DNA of 64,000 nucleotides from Escherichia coli. Lineage in GTDB: Bacteria > Pseudomonadota > Gammaproteobacteria > Enterobacterales > Enterobacteriaceae. Positions 29,904 through 39,732 of this stretch are shown here, one piece after another. The stretch is taken from assembly GCF_003018255.1 (NCBI RefSeq), contig NZ_CP027440.1. One strand, 5' to 3'. Positions within the stretch are counted from its first letter, which is position 1; every line of letters begins with the position of its first letter. A program made the position numbers and the translations under genes. The notes under the pieces were generated by a model that saw only the letters and a list, made by a program, of their open reading frames with translations, ran no database searches and was not told the DNA's origin.

Positions 29904-31819
29904 GATGCCTTCGTATCAAACAGAGTTAACATATCGCGCGCCGCCTGCCTTCCTGCGGCCATTGCAGTGACAACCAGATCCGCGCCATGAACAGCATCAC
30001 CACCAGCAAAGACTTTTTTCAGATGCGTCTGGGTAGGTAAATACCCGACGTCACCGGTTTGAATCAGGCCCCATTTATCGAGTTTAATTCCGCTGCCCTG
30101 CAACCACGGCATGGCATGCGCCTGGAAACCAAAGGCCATAATGAGAACATCGGCGGGCAATTCAAACTCTGAACCCGCTACCGGACGAGGACGACGGCGA
30201 CCATCCGGCCCCGGCTCACCCATGGCGGTACGAATCAGGCCCACCGCAGTTAAACGCCCATCTTCGTCACAAGCGATATATTGCGGCTGAACATTGAACT
30301 GAAACTTGACACCTTCCTCGCGCGCATTGACCACCTCTTTGCGCGAGCCCGGCATACTGACTTCATCACGACGATACGCGCAGGTCACGCTGGCGGCATT
30401 GAGGCGGATGGAAGTCCGCAAACAATCCATGGTCGTATCGCCACCGCCCAATACCACGACTCGCTTACCTTCCACATCCGTCAGCGGATACTCTTCAGAC
30501 TCCGGCAACCCCATGAGCTGGCGGGTATGGGCAGTCAGGAACGGTAGAGCCTGAATGACACCGGGCGCATCTTCATGCGGCAGATCTGCTCGCATCATCC
30601 CGTAAGTCCCCACGCCGATGAAAACTGCATCATATTCAGAAGTTAAATCGCTAAAGGTAATATCGCGGCCAATTTCACAGTTAAGATGAAAGTCGATTCC
30701 CATTGCGGTGAATATCTCTCGCCGCTGGCTTAATACCGTTTTATCGAGTTTGAAAGGAGGTATGCCAAAAGTCAGCATACCGCCAATTTCTGGATGGCGA
30801 TCAAAGACATCAACCTGAACTCCTGCGCGCGCCAAAATATCAGCACACCCTAACCCTGCAGGCCCTGCGCCAATCACCGCCACTTTTTCGATACGGGGAA
30901 CAACTTTGCTGACATCGGGACGCCAGCCCATCGCCAGCGCGGTATCGGTAATGTAGCGTTCCAGATTCCCGATAGAGACTGCGCCAGAGTGATCTTTCAA
31001 AGTACATGCGCCTTCACAAAGACGGTCCTGTGGACATACCCTGCCGCAGATTTCTGGCAAGGAACTGGTCTGGTGGCAAAGTTCTGCCGCTTCAATAATC
31101 TTTCCTTCCTGCACCAGACGGATGTAATCCGGAATAGCGTTATGCAGCGGGCAATGCCAGTTGCAGTTAGCTTTTTCGGCGCAATAAACACAGCGGTCAC
31201 TCTCATAAGTCGCTTGTTGTGGATCCAGCCCGTAATAGATTTCGCCAAAGTGGGTTTTCCGTTCACTCGCTGAAATTTTATCTGCGCCTTTACGCGAGTT
31301 AACGGGGAGCAACGCTGCACTGCGAGATGGCTGAGCGTCTGATGACGCTTTTCCTGCTGCCGTTTTGCGCTGGCGGGCCACCTTTATCTGCTGCAACCCT
31401 TTATCGTCCATCAGCCGTAACGCCTGTGTTGGGCAGACTTCAATACAGGCTTGCGTGCCGGAACTGCGCTGGTTACAAAGGTCGCATTTCTGCGCAATCG
31501 TATCGACCATCTCAACGACGCCAAAGGGGCAAGCGATTGCGCATCTTTTACAACCAATACATTTTTGCTCGTCCAGTTGTACGCTATCGGGCTGGAAAGT
31601 CAGAGCATTAACCGGACAAGCCGTAACGCAAGGGGCATTGTTGCAGTGATGGCAGGCCACCGGATTCGCAGCCTGGCCTTTCCCTACAACGTGGATACGC
31701 GGTCGAAAGTCACTGTGACTCAGCGGCCAGTTTTCTTGATTATGTGCCATCGCACAGGCAATTTCACAAGCATGACAGCCTATACATTCCGCAGCTTCAG
31801 CAGCGATAAACTTATTCAT
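29900..31819 (-). CDS. ygfT: Fe-S flavoprotein oxidoreductase (N-terminal 4Fe-4S ferredoxin domain plus glutamate synthase beta-like FAD/NAD(P) domain)
   Basis: Track ORF to 31834; start trimmed to [15 protein letters not shown] (639 aa); [14 protein letters not shown] dinucleotide-binding motif. Confidence 0.8.
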   Translation of the reverse strand: MNKFIAAEAAECIGCHACEIACAMAHNQENWPLSHSDFRPRIHVVGKGQAANPVACHHCNNAPCVTACPVNALTFQPDSVQLDEQKCIGCKRCAIACPFGVVEMVDTIAQKCDLCNQRSSGTQACIEVCPTQALRLMDDKGLQQIKVARQRKTAAGKASSDAQPSRSAALLPVNSRKGADKISASERKTHFGEIYYGLDPQQATYESDRCVYCAEKANCNWHCPLHNAIPDYIRLVQEGKIIEAAELCHQTSSLPEICGRVCPQDRLCEGACTLKDHSGAVSIGNLERYITDTALAMGWRPDVSKVVPRIEKVAVIGAGPAGLGCADILARAGVQVDVFDRHPEIGGMLTFGIPPFKLDKTVLSQRREIFTAMGIDFHLNCEIGRDITFSDLTSEYDAVFIGVGTYGMMRADLPHEDAPGVIQALPFLTAHTRQLMGLPESEEYPLTDVEGKRVVVLGGGDTTMDCLRTSIRLNAASVTCAYRRDEVSMPGSRKEVVNAREEGVKFQFNVQPQYIACDEDGRLTAVGLIRTAMGEPGPDGRRRPRPVAGSEFELPADVLIMAFGFQAHAMPWLQGSGIKLDKWGLIQTGDVGYLPTQTHLKKVFAGGDAVHGADLVVTAMAAGRQAARDMLTLFDTKAS

Positions 31820-32101
31820 TTGCATCCCTTTCATTTAATGAGTTATGTCTTCTCAAATTTCGCGATGCAATAAATGGGCATGTATTAGGTAGCATGGCCG
31901 ATTTAATTATAATTTTGCGACTGAGTTCAAATTATTGCCCCTCAATCTATGCAGCTTTCATTATTTCAACATTGCCGATCAAAAGAATGCTATCCAGATA
32001 AAAACGATTAAATGCGAGAGTGCGACATGCCAGAATGATTAATGAAATATCAATATGAGAAAATTACAGATAATTCCATTGTCAGGTTCTCTTCTCATTT
32101 T

Positions 32102-32116
32102 CGTGGTTTAACCACG
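32102..32116. promoter_or_regulatory. palindrome CGTGGTT-T-AACCACG in the ygfT-uacT divergent region
   Basis: 7-bp arms with 1-nt centre, read directly from the sequence; about 140 nt upstream of the uacT start. Confidence 0.3.
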
Positions 32117-32169
32117 ATTATGTGATTACCTCCGCAATTCCTGTCTCTAACTCCCCTTCCTCGCAAAAC

Positions 32170-32185
32170 TGGCACTCCACGAGCA
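32170..32185 (+). promoter_or_regulatory. weak candidate sigma-54 -24/-12 element upstream of uacT
   Basis: TGGCACtccacgaGCA: exact -24, correct GG-N10-GC spacing, -12 lacks the TT. Confidence 0.25.
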
Positions 32186-32253
32186 TGTATTTAGACAGTT
32201 TCATGAACGTAAACGGTTGCTTTTTACTCTGGCGGGCGAAAGGAGAAACACTG

Positions 32254-33702
32254 ATGAGCGCCATAGATTCCCAACTTCCCTCATCTTCTGGGCAAGACCG
32301 CCCAACTGATGAGGTTGACCGCATATTATCACCAGGAAAGCTGATCATACTCGGTCTGCAACACGTCCTTGTCATGTACGCAGGTGCAGTCGCTGTTCCT
32401 CTTATGATTGGCGACCGACTGGGCCTCTCAAAAGAAGCTATTGCGATGCTCATTAGCTCGGATCTCTTTTGCTGCGGGATCGTCACATTATTGCAATGTA
32501 TCGGTATCGGCCGCTTTATGGGGATCCGCCTGCCGGTGATTATGTCGGTGACCTTCGCCGCTGTAACACCAATGATAGCCATTGGGATGAACCCGGATAT
32601 CGGCCTGCTGGGGATATTTGGTGCCACTATCGCCGCGGGTTTTATCACCACATTATTAGCGCCACTTATCGGTCGCTTGATGCCTTTATTCCCGCCACTG
32701 GTTACCGGTGTGGTTATTACTTCTATCGGACTTAGCATCATTCAGGTGGGTATTGACTGGGCCGCAGGAGGTAAAGGGAATCCGCAATATGGTAATCCCG
32801 TTTATTTAGGTATCTCCTTTGCCGTCTTAATTTTTATCTTGCTCATTACTCGCTATGCGAAAGGATTTATGTCCAACGTCGCCGTATTACTGGGGATTGT
32901 ATTTGGCTTTTTACTTTCGTGGATGATGAATGAAGTCAATTTATCCGGGCTACATGATGCCTCGTGGTTTGCGATTGTCACCCCGATGTCGTTTGGTATG
33001 CCGATTTTTGATCCCGTTTCCATTCTGACCATGACTGCCGTGTTAATCATCGTGTTTATCGAGTCGATGGGGATGTTCCTGGCACTGGGTGAAATAGTTG
33101 GTCGTAAACTCTCTTCACACGATATTATTCGCGGGCTGCGTGTCGATGGCGTAGGGACAATGATAGGCGGAACGTTTAACAGCTTCCCCCATACGTCATT
33201 TTCACAAAACGTTGGCCTGGTTAGCGTGACGCGCGTTCATAGCCGCTGGGTGTGTATTTCTTCGGGAATTATATTAATCCTGTTTGGCATGGTGCCAAAA
33301 ATGGCGGTGCTGGTCGCCTCCATTCCGCAATTTGTGCTGGGCGGTGCTGGGCTGGTGATGTTCGGCATGGTACTGGCGACAGGGATTCGAATTCTGTCGC
33401 GCTGTAACTACACCACCAACCGTTACAACCTCTATATTGTGGCGATCAGTCTCGGCGTTGGCATGACGCCAACGCTCTCTCACGATTTCTTTTCTAAGTT
33501 ACCGGCCGTACTGCAACCGTTGCTGCATAGCGGCATTATGCTCGCAACCCTTAGCGCCGTTGTGCTGAACGTCTTCTTTAATGGCTATCAGCATCATGCT
33601 GATCTGGTGAAGGAATCCGTCTCTGATAAAGATTTAAAAGTCAGGACAGTACGTATGTGGCTTCTGATGCGCAAGCTGAAGAAAAATGAGCATGGAGAAT
33701 AA
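32254..33702 (+). CDS. uacT: uric acid (urate) transporter, NCS2/NAT family
   Basis: Track ORF 32122..33702; start trimmed to MSAIDSQLP (482 aa) preceded by AGGAGAAA. Confidence 0.85.
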   Translation: MSAIDSQLPSSSGQDRPTDEVDRILSPGKLIILGLQHVLVMYAGAVAVPLMIGDRLGLSKEAIAMLISSDLFCCGIVTLLQCIGIGRFMGIRLPVIMSVTFAAVTPMIAIGMNPDIGLLGIFGATIAAGFITTLLAPLIGRLMPLFPPLVTGVVITSIGLSIIQVGIDWAAGGKGNPQYGNPVYLGISFAVLIFILLITRYAKGFMSNVAVLLGIVFGFLLSWMMNEVNLSGLHDASWFAIVTPMSFGMPIFDPVSILTMTAVLIIVFIESMGMFLALGEIVGRKLSSHDIIRGLRVDGVGTMIGGTFNSFPHTSFSQNVGLVSVTRVHSRWVCISSGIILILFGMVPKMAVLVASIPQFVLGGAGLVMFGMVLATGIRILSRCNYTTNRYNLYIVAISLGVGMTPTLSHDFFSKLPAVLQPLLHSGIMLATLSAVVLNVFFNGYQHHADLVKESVSDKDLKVRTVRMWLLMRKLKKNEHGE

Positions 33703-33703
33703 T

Positions 33704-33829
33704 ATGAATCTTTTAATGCGCGCTATATTCAGTCTGCTGTTGATTTTTACTCTCTCTATTCCTGTCATTTCTGATTGTGTTGCAATGGCCATTGAAAGTC
33801 GCTTCAAATATATGATGCTGCTTTTTTAA
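33704..33829 (+). CDS. yqfG: small hydrophobic protein (41 aa)
   Basis: ATG 1 nt after the uacT stop; translation MNLLMRAIFSLLLIFTLSIPVISDCVAMAIESRFKYMMLLF; below the ORF-track size cutoff; identification from memory of a K-12 small protein at this position. Confidence 0.5.
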   Translation: MNLLMRAIFSLLLIFTLSIPVISDCVAMAIESRFKYMMLLF

Positions 33830-33951
33830 ATGGTTTTTACCTGTCGACATCCGCTCAAAACGGGCGGTTGTCGATAAACGCTCACTTGGTTAATCATTTC
33901 ACTCTTCTATTATCTATAATGATGAGTGATCAGAATTACATGTGAGATATT

Positions 33952-34500
33952 ATGCAAACGGAACACGTCATTTTATTGAATGCACAGGGAGTTCCCACGG
34001 GTACGCTGGAAAAGTATGCCGCACACACGGCAGACACCCTCTTACATCTCGCGTTTTCCAGTTGGCTGTTTAATGCCAAAGGGCAATTATTAGTTACCCG
34101 CCGCGCCCTTAGCAAAAAAGCGTGGCCTGGCGTGTGGACTAACTCGGTTTGTGGGCACCCACAACTGGGAGAAAGCAACGAAGACGCGGTGATCCGCCGT
34201 TGCCGTTATGAGCTTGGCGTGGAAATTACGCCTCCTGAATCTATCTATCCTGACTTCTACTATCGCGCCACCGATCCGAATGGCATTGTGGAAAATGAAG
34301 TGTGTCCGGTATTTGCCGCACGCACCACCAGTGCGTTACAGATCAACGATGATGAAGTGATGGATTATCAATGGTGTGATTTAGCAGATGTATTACACGG
34401 TATTGATGCCACGCCGTGGGCGTTCAGTCCGTGGATGGTGATGCAGGCAGCCAATAGTGAAGCAAGAAAATTGTTGTCTGCTTTCGCGCAGCACAATTAA
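33952..34500 (+). CDS. idi: isopentenyl-diphosphate delta-isomerase (type 1)
   Basis: 182 aa; Nudix-like IPP isomerase. Confidence 0.9.
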   Translation: MQTEHVILLNAQGVPTGTLEKYAAHTADTLLHLAFSSWLFNAKGQLLVTRRALSKKAWPGVWTNSVCGHPQLGESNEDAVIRRCRYELGVEITPPESIYPDFYYRATDPNGIVENEVCPVFAARTTSALQINDDEVMDYQWCDLADVLHGIDATPWAFSPWMVMQAANSEARKLLSAFAQHN

Positions 34501-34524
34501 AAAACCCCGACATTTGCCGGGGTT
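34495..34524 (-). terminator. intrinsic terminator of lysS (hairpin shared with the idi 3' end)
   Basis: AACCCCG-acatttgc-CGGGGTT hairpin; minus strand reads hairpin then TTTTTAAT. Confidence 0.6.
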
Positions 34525-34542
34525 GTGAGCATAACGTAATGC

Positions 34543-36060
34543 TTATTTCACCGGACGCATCGCCGGGAACAGAATAACGTCGCGGATGGTATGACTGTTG
34601 GTGAACAGCATTACCATACGGTCGATACCAATTCCCAGACCTGCTGTCGGCGGTAAGCCGTGTTCCAGTGCGGTGACGTAATCTTCGTCGTAGAACATCG
34701 CTTCGTCGTCACCTGCATCTTTCGCGGCAACCTGATCCAGGAAGCGCTGCGCCTGATCTTCCGCGTCATTCAGCTCGCTAAAGCCGTTACCGATTTCACG
34801 CCCACCAATGAAGAACTCAAAGCGGTCTGTGATTTCCGGGTTAACGTCGTTACGACGCGCCAGAGGAGAAACTTCTGCCGGATATTCAGTAATGAAGGTC
34901 GGCTGGATCAGATGTGCTTCTGCCACTTCTTCGAAGATCTCGGTAACGATACGGCCCAGACCCCAGCTCTTCTCAACGTGGATGCCGATAGATTCAGCAA
35001 TCGCTTTCGCAGAGTCGAAGTTGTCCAGATCCGCCATGTCGGTTTCCGGGCGATATTTCTTGATCGCTTCACGCATGGTCAGTTTTTCGAACGGTTTACC
35101 GAAGTCCAGCGTTACGTCGCCGTAGGTCACTTCCGTCTTACCGAGAATATCCTGTGCCAGAGTACGGAACAGCGATTCGGTCAGCTCGATCAGATCTTTG
35201 TAATCTGCGTAAGCCATATAGAGTTCCATCATGGTGAACTCTGGGTTATGACGTACGGAAATACCTTCGTTACGGAAGTTACGGTTGATTTCGAATACAC
35301 GCTCGAAGCCACCGACCACCAGACGCTTGAGGTACAGTTCCGGCGCGATACGCAGGTACATGTCGAGATCCAGCGCATTATGGTGGGTGATGAACGGACG
35401 CGCAGCGGCACCGCCAGGGATCACCTGCATCATCGGCGTTTCAACTTCCATAAAGCCGCGGTTCACCATGAACTGGCGAATACCAGAGAGGATCTGCGAG
35501 CGCACTTTAAAGGTGTTGCGGGATTCATCGTTAGAGATGAGATCCAGATAACGCTGACGATAGCGCGCTTCCTGATCCTGCAAGCCGTGGAATTTATCCG
35601 GCAGCGGACGCAGTGCTTTGGTCAGCAGACGCAGCTCGGTACAGTGGATAGACAGTTCGCCGGTTTTGGTTTTGAACAGTTTACCTTTCGCGCCGAGGAT
35701 ATCGCCGAGGTCCCATTTTTTGAACTGCTCGTTGTAAACGCCTTCCGGCAGATCGTCACGGGCAACGTACAGCTGAATGCGGCCCCCCACGTCCTGCAGG
35801 GTAACGAAAGACGCTTTACCCATAATACGACGGGTCATCATGCGGCCGGCAACGGCGACTTCGATGTTCAGCGCTTCCAGTTCTTCGTTCTCTTTACCGT
35901 CGAATTCTGCGTGCAATTGGTCAGAGGTATGATCGCGACGGAAATCGTTCGGGAAGGCAATCCCCTGCTCGCGCAGGTTCGCCAGCTTCTCACGACGCGT
36001 TTTCAGTTCATTGTTAAGATCGACTACCGCGTCAGCGCCCTGTGCGTGTTGTTCAGACAT
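34543..36060 (-). CDS. lysS: lysyl-tRNA synthetase (class II)
   Basis: 505 aa; class II aaRS. Confidence 0.95.
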
Positions 36061-36069
36061 GTTGGTTCC

Positions 36070-37168
36070 TCATAACCCTGCTTTCAAACTTGCTTCGATA
36101 AATTGATCCAGGCTGCCGTCCAGCACGGCCTGCGTGTTACGGGTTTCTACCCCGGTACGCAGATCTTTAATGCGGGAGTCATCAAGGACATAAGAACGAA
36201 TCTGGCTGCCCCAGCCGATGTCGGATTTGTTATCTTCCATCGCCTGCTTCTCGGCATTTTTCTTCTGCATCTCCAGTTCATAAAGCTTCGCTTTCATCTG
36301 CTTCATGGCCTGGTCTTTGTTCTTGTGCTGGGAACGGTCGTTCTGGCACTGGGTCACGATCCCAGTTGGGATGTGAGTAATACGCACCGCAGATTCGGTA
36401 CGGTTAACGTGCTGACCGCCCGCGCCGGACGCGCGATAAACGTCAATGCGCAGATCCGCCGGGTTGATTTCGATATCAATATCATCATCAACTTCCGGGT
36501 AAACAAACGCAGAGCTGAACGACGTGTGGCGACGACCGCCGGAGTCAAACGGGCTCTTACGCACCAGGCGGTGAACGCCAGTTTCTGTACGCAGCCAGCC
36601 GTAAGCGTAATCGCCGGAGATTTTGATCGTCACGGATTTAATACCCGCCACTTCACCTTCCGACTCTTCGATGATTTCAGTTTTGAAACCACGCGATTCT
36701 GCCCAGCGCAGATACATACGCTCAAGCATGCTCGCCCAGTCCTGTGCTTCCGTACCGCCAGACCCCGCCTGAATATCGAGGTAGCAGTCGGCGCTGTCAT
36801 ATTCGCCAGAGAACATACGGCGGAACTCAAGCTGCGCCAGTTTTTCTTCCAGAGCGTCGAGTTCAGCAACGGCTTCGTTAAAGGTTTCTTCGTCGTCAGC
36901 TTCTACAGCCAGTTCCAGCAGACCAGAAACATCTTCCAGCCCCTGTTTCATTTGGTCGAGGGTATCGACAACGGCTTCGAGAGAGGAACGCTCTTTACCC
37001 AGCGCCTGTGCGCGTTCGGGTTCGTTCCAGACATCCGGCTGTTCCAGCTCGGCGTTTACTTCTTCCAGACGCTCTTTCTTGGCGTCATAGTCAAAGATAC
37101 CCCCTAAGAACGTCGGAGCGTTCCGTGAGGTCCTGAATGCGATTATTTACCGGATTAATTTCAAACAT
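36070..37168 (-). CDS. prfB: peptide chain release factor 2 (requires programmed +1 ribosomal frameshift)
   Basis: Frame 0 reads [25 protein letters not shown] then in-frame TGA at the CTT TGA C shift site; +1 frame continues DYDA... into the 293-aa track ORF; total 365 codons. Confidence 0.95.
37088..37106 (-). other. prfB +1 frameshift site with internal Shine-Dalgarno-like element
   Basis: Minus strand reads AGGGGGTATCTTTGAC: SD-like AGGGGG three nt upstream of the CTT-TGA-C slippery/stop context. Confidence 0.9.
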
Positions 37169-37258
37169 GGTCTGATTTCTTTTATTGAGCTAGTCAAAAT
37201 GCGGTGATAAGAGCGGGATTGTACCCAATCCACGCTCTTTTTTATAGAGAAGATGACG

Positions 37259-38992
37259 CTAAATTGGCCAGATATTGTCGATGATAATTTGCAGGCTGCG
37301 GTTGCCGCGAAACTCGTTGATATCGAGCTTGTAAGCCAGTTGCACTTCGCGCACGCCGTTATCCGGCCAGAGGGCGGTATCGACATTAAAAGCAATACCA
37401 TCCAGCAGCGGACCGCCGCCGACCGGCTCGACCATGACTTTCAAATGACGCTCGCCCACCAGCCGCTGTTGCAGCAGACGGAAATGACCGTCAAACAGCG
37501 GCTCCGGGAACATCTGCCCCCACGGGCCAGCATCGCGCAGCAGCTGCGCCACTTCCATAGTCATTTCGGCCGGGCTTAACGGACCGTCTGACACCACTTC
37601 GCCTTGCAATAGTGAAGGATCCAGCCACTCGGTAACCAGCTCGCCAAACCGTTGTTGAAAGAGTTCGAATTTATCCTCTTCCAGCGACAAACCCGCCGCC
37701 ATCGCATGGCCGCCAAACTTGAGCATCATGCCGGGGTAGAGTGTGTCTAATCGCTCCAGCGCATCACGCATATGCAGCCCCTGAATGGAGCGACCGGAAC
37801 CTTTCAGCGTACCGTCACCTGCTGGCGCAAACGCGATAACCGGACGGTGAAAACGCTCTTTGATGCGCGAAGCCAGAATACCGACAACGCCCTGATGCCA
37901 TTCGGGGTGGTACATTGCCAGCCCGCCGGGTAACGTGTCGCGGCTGCGCTCCAGTTTCTCGCACAGGGTCAGGGCTTCAATCTGCATTCCTTGTTCGATC
38001 TCTTTTCGCGTCTGGTTTAGCGCATCGAGTTCATTTGCCAGCACGCGCGCTTCGCCGATGTTGTCGCACAGCAACAGCGCCACACCGACGGACATATCGT
38101 CCAGTCGCCCGGCAGCATTGAGACGTGGCCCCAGCGCAAAACCTAAATCGCTGGCGGCGAGTTTTAGTGCATCACGGTTTGCCACTTCCAGCAGCGCTTT
38201 AATCCCTGGACGGCACTTTCCGGCACGGATGCGACTCATCCCCTGCCAGGTGAGGATGCGGTTATTGGCGTCCAGCGGCACGACGTCCGCCACTGTCCCC
38301 AACGCTACCAGATCCAGCAGTTCTGCCAGGTTAGGAATTGCGACGCCGCGCTCATCAAACCAGCCCTGATCGCGCAAAAAGGTGCGCAGCGCCAGCATCA
38401 GATAAAACGCCACACCCACGCCTGCCAGTGATTTCGACGGAAAATTACAGTCGCGCAAGTTAGGGTTAATGATCGCTTCCGCCGCGGGTAATGTTTCGCC
38501 CGGCAAATGGTGATCGGTAACAATAACCGGAATGCCCAACGAGCGAGCGTGTTCAACGCCCGAATGGGAGGAAATACCGTTATCCACCGTGACAATTAAC
38601 TGCGCGCCACGGGCATGGGCCTGATCGACCACTTCCGGGCTTAAGCCGTAACCGTCTTCGAAACGGTTTGGAACCAGGTAGTCGATATTGCTGCAACCAA
38701 GCGAGCGCATCGCCAGCACGCTTAGAGCCGTGCTGGTCGCACCGTCGGCGTCGAAATCACCGACCACAATAATCCGCGTTCCTTCGCGAAAAGCGTTGTA
38801 AAGGATCTCAACGGCCTTTTCGACGCCGCTCAGTTGCTGCCAGGGCAGCATGCCTTTAACACTGCGTTCCAGTTCCTGCGCGCTACGCACACCCCGGCTG
38901 GCATATAAACGGCGCAGCAAGGGAGGCAATTCAGCGGGCAAGTCGGCCGTTTCATCGACTTCTCGGCGACGAAGTTGTATCTGTTGTTTCAC
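37259..38992 (-). CDS. recJ: single-stranded-DNA-specific 5'-3' exonuclease RecJ
   Basis: 577 aa; DHH phosphoesterase motifs (DFDADGATS, VTDHHLPG). Confidence 0.95.
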   Translation of the reverse strand: MKQQIQLRRREVDETADLPAELPPLLRRLYASRGVRSAQELERSVKGMLPWQQLSGVEKAVEILYNAFREGTRIIVVGDFDADGATSTALSVLAMRSLGCSNIDYLVPNRFEDGYGLSPEVVDQAHARGAQLIVTVDNGISSHSGVEHARSLGIPVIVTDHHLPGETLPAAEAIINPNLRDCNFPSKSLAGVGVAFYLMLALRTFLRDQGWFDERGVAIPNLAELLDLVALGTVADVVPLDANNRILTWQGMSRIRAGKCRPGIKALLEVANRDALKLAASDLGFALGPRLNAAGRLDDMSVGVALLLCDNIGEARVLANELDALNQTRKEIEQGMQIEALTLCEKLERSRDTLPGGLAMYHPEWHQGVVGILASRIKERFHRPVIAFAPAGDGTLKGSGRSIQGLHMRDALERLDTLYPGMMLKFGGHAMAAGLSLEEDKFELFQQRFGELVTEWLDPSLLQGEVVSDGPLSPAEMTMEVAQLLRDAGPWGQMFPEPLFDGHFRLLQQRLVGERHLKVMVEPVGGGPLLDGIAFNVDTALWPDNGVREVQLAYKLDINEFRGNRSLQIIIDNIWPI

Positions 38993-38997
38993 GCGAA

Positions 38998-39708
38998 TTA
39001 TTTACCGCTGGTCATTTTTTGGTGTTCGTCGAGGAATTCTTTCATCTCTTTCGGCGGCTGGTAACCCGGAACAAGTGTGCCATTGCTCAGCACAATTGCC
39101 GGAGTGCCGCTAACGCCAAGCTGGACGCCAAGTGCGTAATGATCGGCAATATCCACGTCGCAGCTGGCTGGTGCGACGCTTTTACCTGCCATCACATCAT
39201 CAAACGCTTTGTTTTTATCTTTCGCACACCAGATAGCTTTCATTTCTTTCTCTGCATCGCTGTCCAGCCCCTGGCGCGGGAAAGCAAGATAACGCACGGT
39301 GATCCCCAGCGCGTTATAGTCTGCCATTTGCTCATGCAGTTTGTGGCAGTAACCACAGGTAATATCAGTAAACACGGTGATGACGTGTTTTTCCTGCGGC
39401 GCTTTATAAACGATCATCTCTTTTTCAAGCGCATTCAACTGCTTTAACAGCATCTTATTGGTGACATTGACCGGAGCCGTGCCACTAACGTCATACATTG
39501 GCCCCTGAATGATATGTTTACCATCATCGGTGATGTACAACACACCGCTGTTAGTCAGAACTGTCTTCATGCCAGCTACGGGCGCGGGCTGAATATCGCT
39601 GCTTTTGATGCCCATTTTGGCTAACGTTTGTTGAATTGCCGCGTCATCAGCCTGAACAAAGCCTGAAAACGCTGCCAACAAGGTAAATAACATAAAACCT
39701 TTCTTCAT
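38998..39708 (-). CDS. dsbC: periplasmic disulfide isomerase DsbC
   Basis: 236 aa; signal peptide; thioredoxin active site CGYC. Confidence 0.95.
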   Translation of the reverse strand: MKKGFMLFTLLAAFSGFVQADDAAIQQTLAKMGIKSSDIQPAPVAGMKTVLTNSGVLYITDDGKHIIQGPMYDVSGTAPVNVTNKMLLKQLNALEKEMIVYKAPQEKHVITVFTDITCGYCHKLHEQMADYNALGITVRYLAFPRQGLDSDAEKEMKAIWCAKDKNKAFDDVMAGKSVAPASCDVDIADHYALGVQLGVSGTPAIVLSNGTLVPGYQPPKEMKEFLDEHQKMTSGK

Positions 39709-39732
39709 AAATTTTCCTGTTCTTTTCAGACA

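Noticed and set aside
34660-36075. 471-aa plus-strand ORF
   Set aside because: Antisense to lysS, which has clear class II aaRS features; long antisense ORFs are common opposite highly expressed genes; the product is low-complexity and R/F/V-rich.
36103-37107. 334-aa plus-strand ORF
   Set aside because: Antisense to prfB; no recognisable motifs; spurious.
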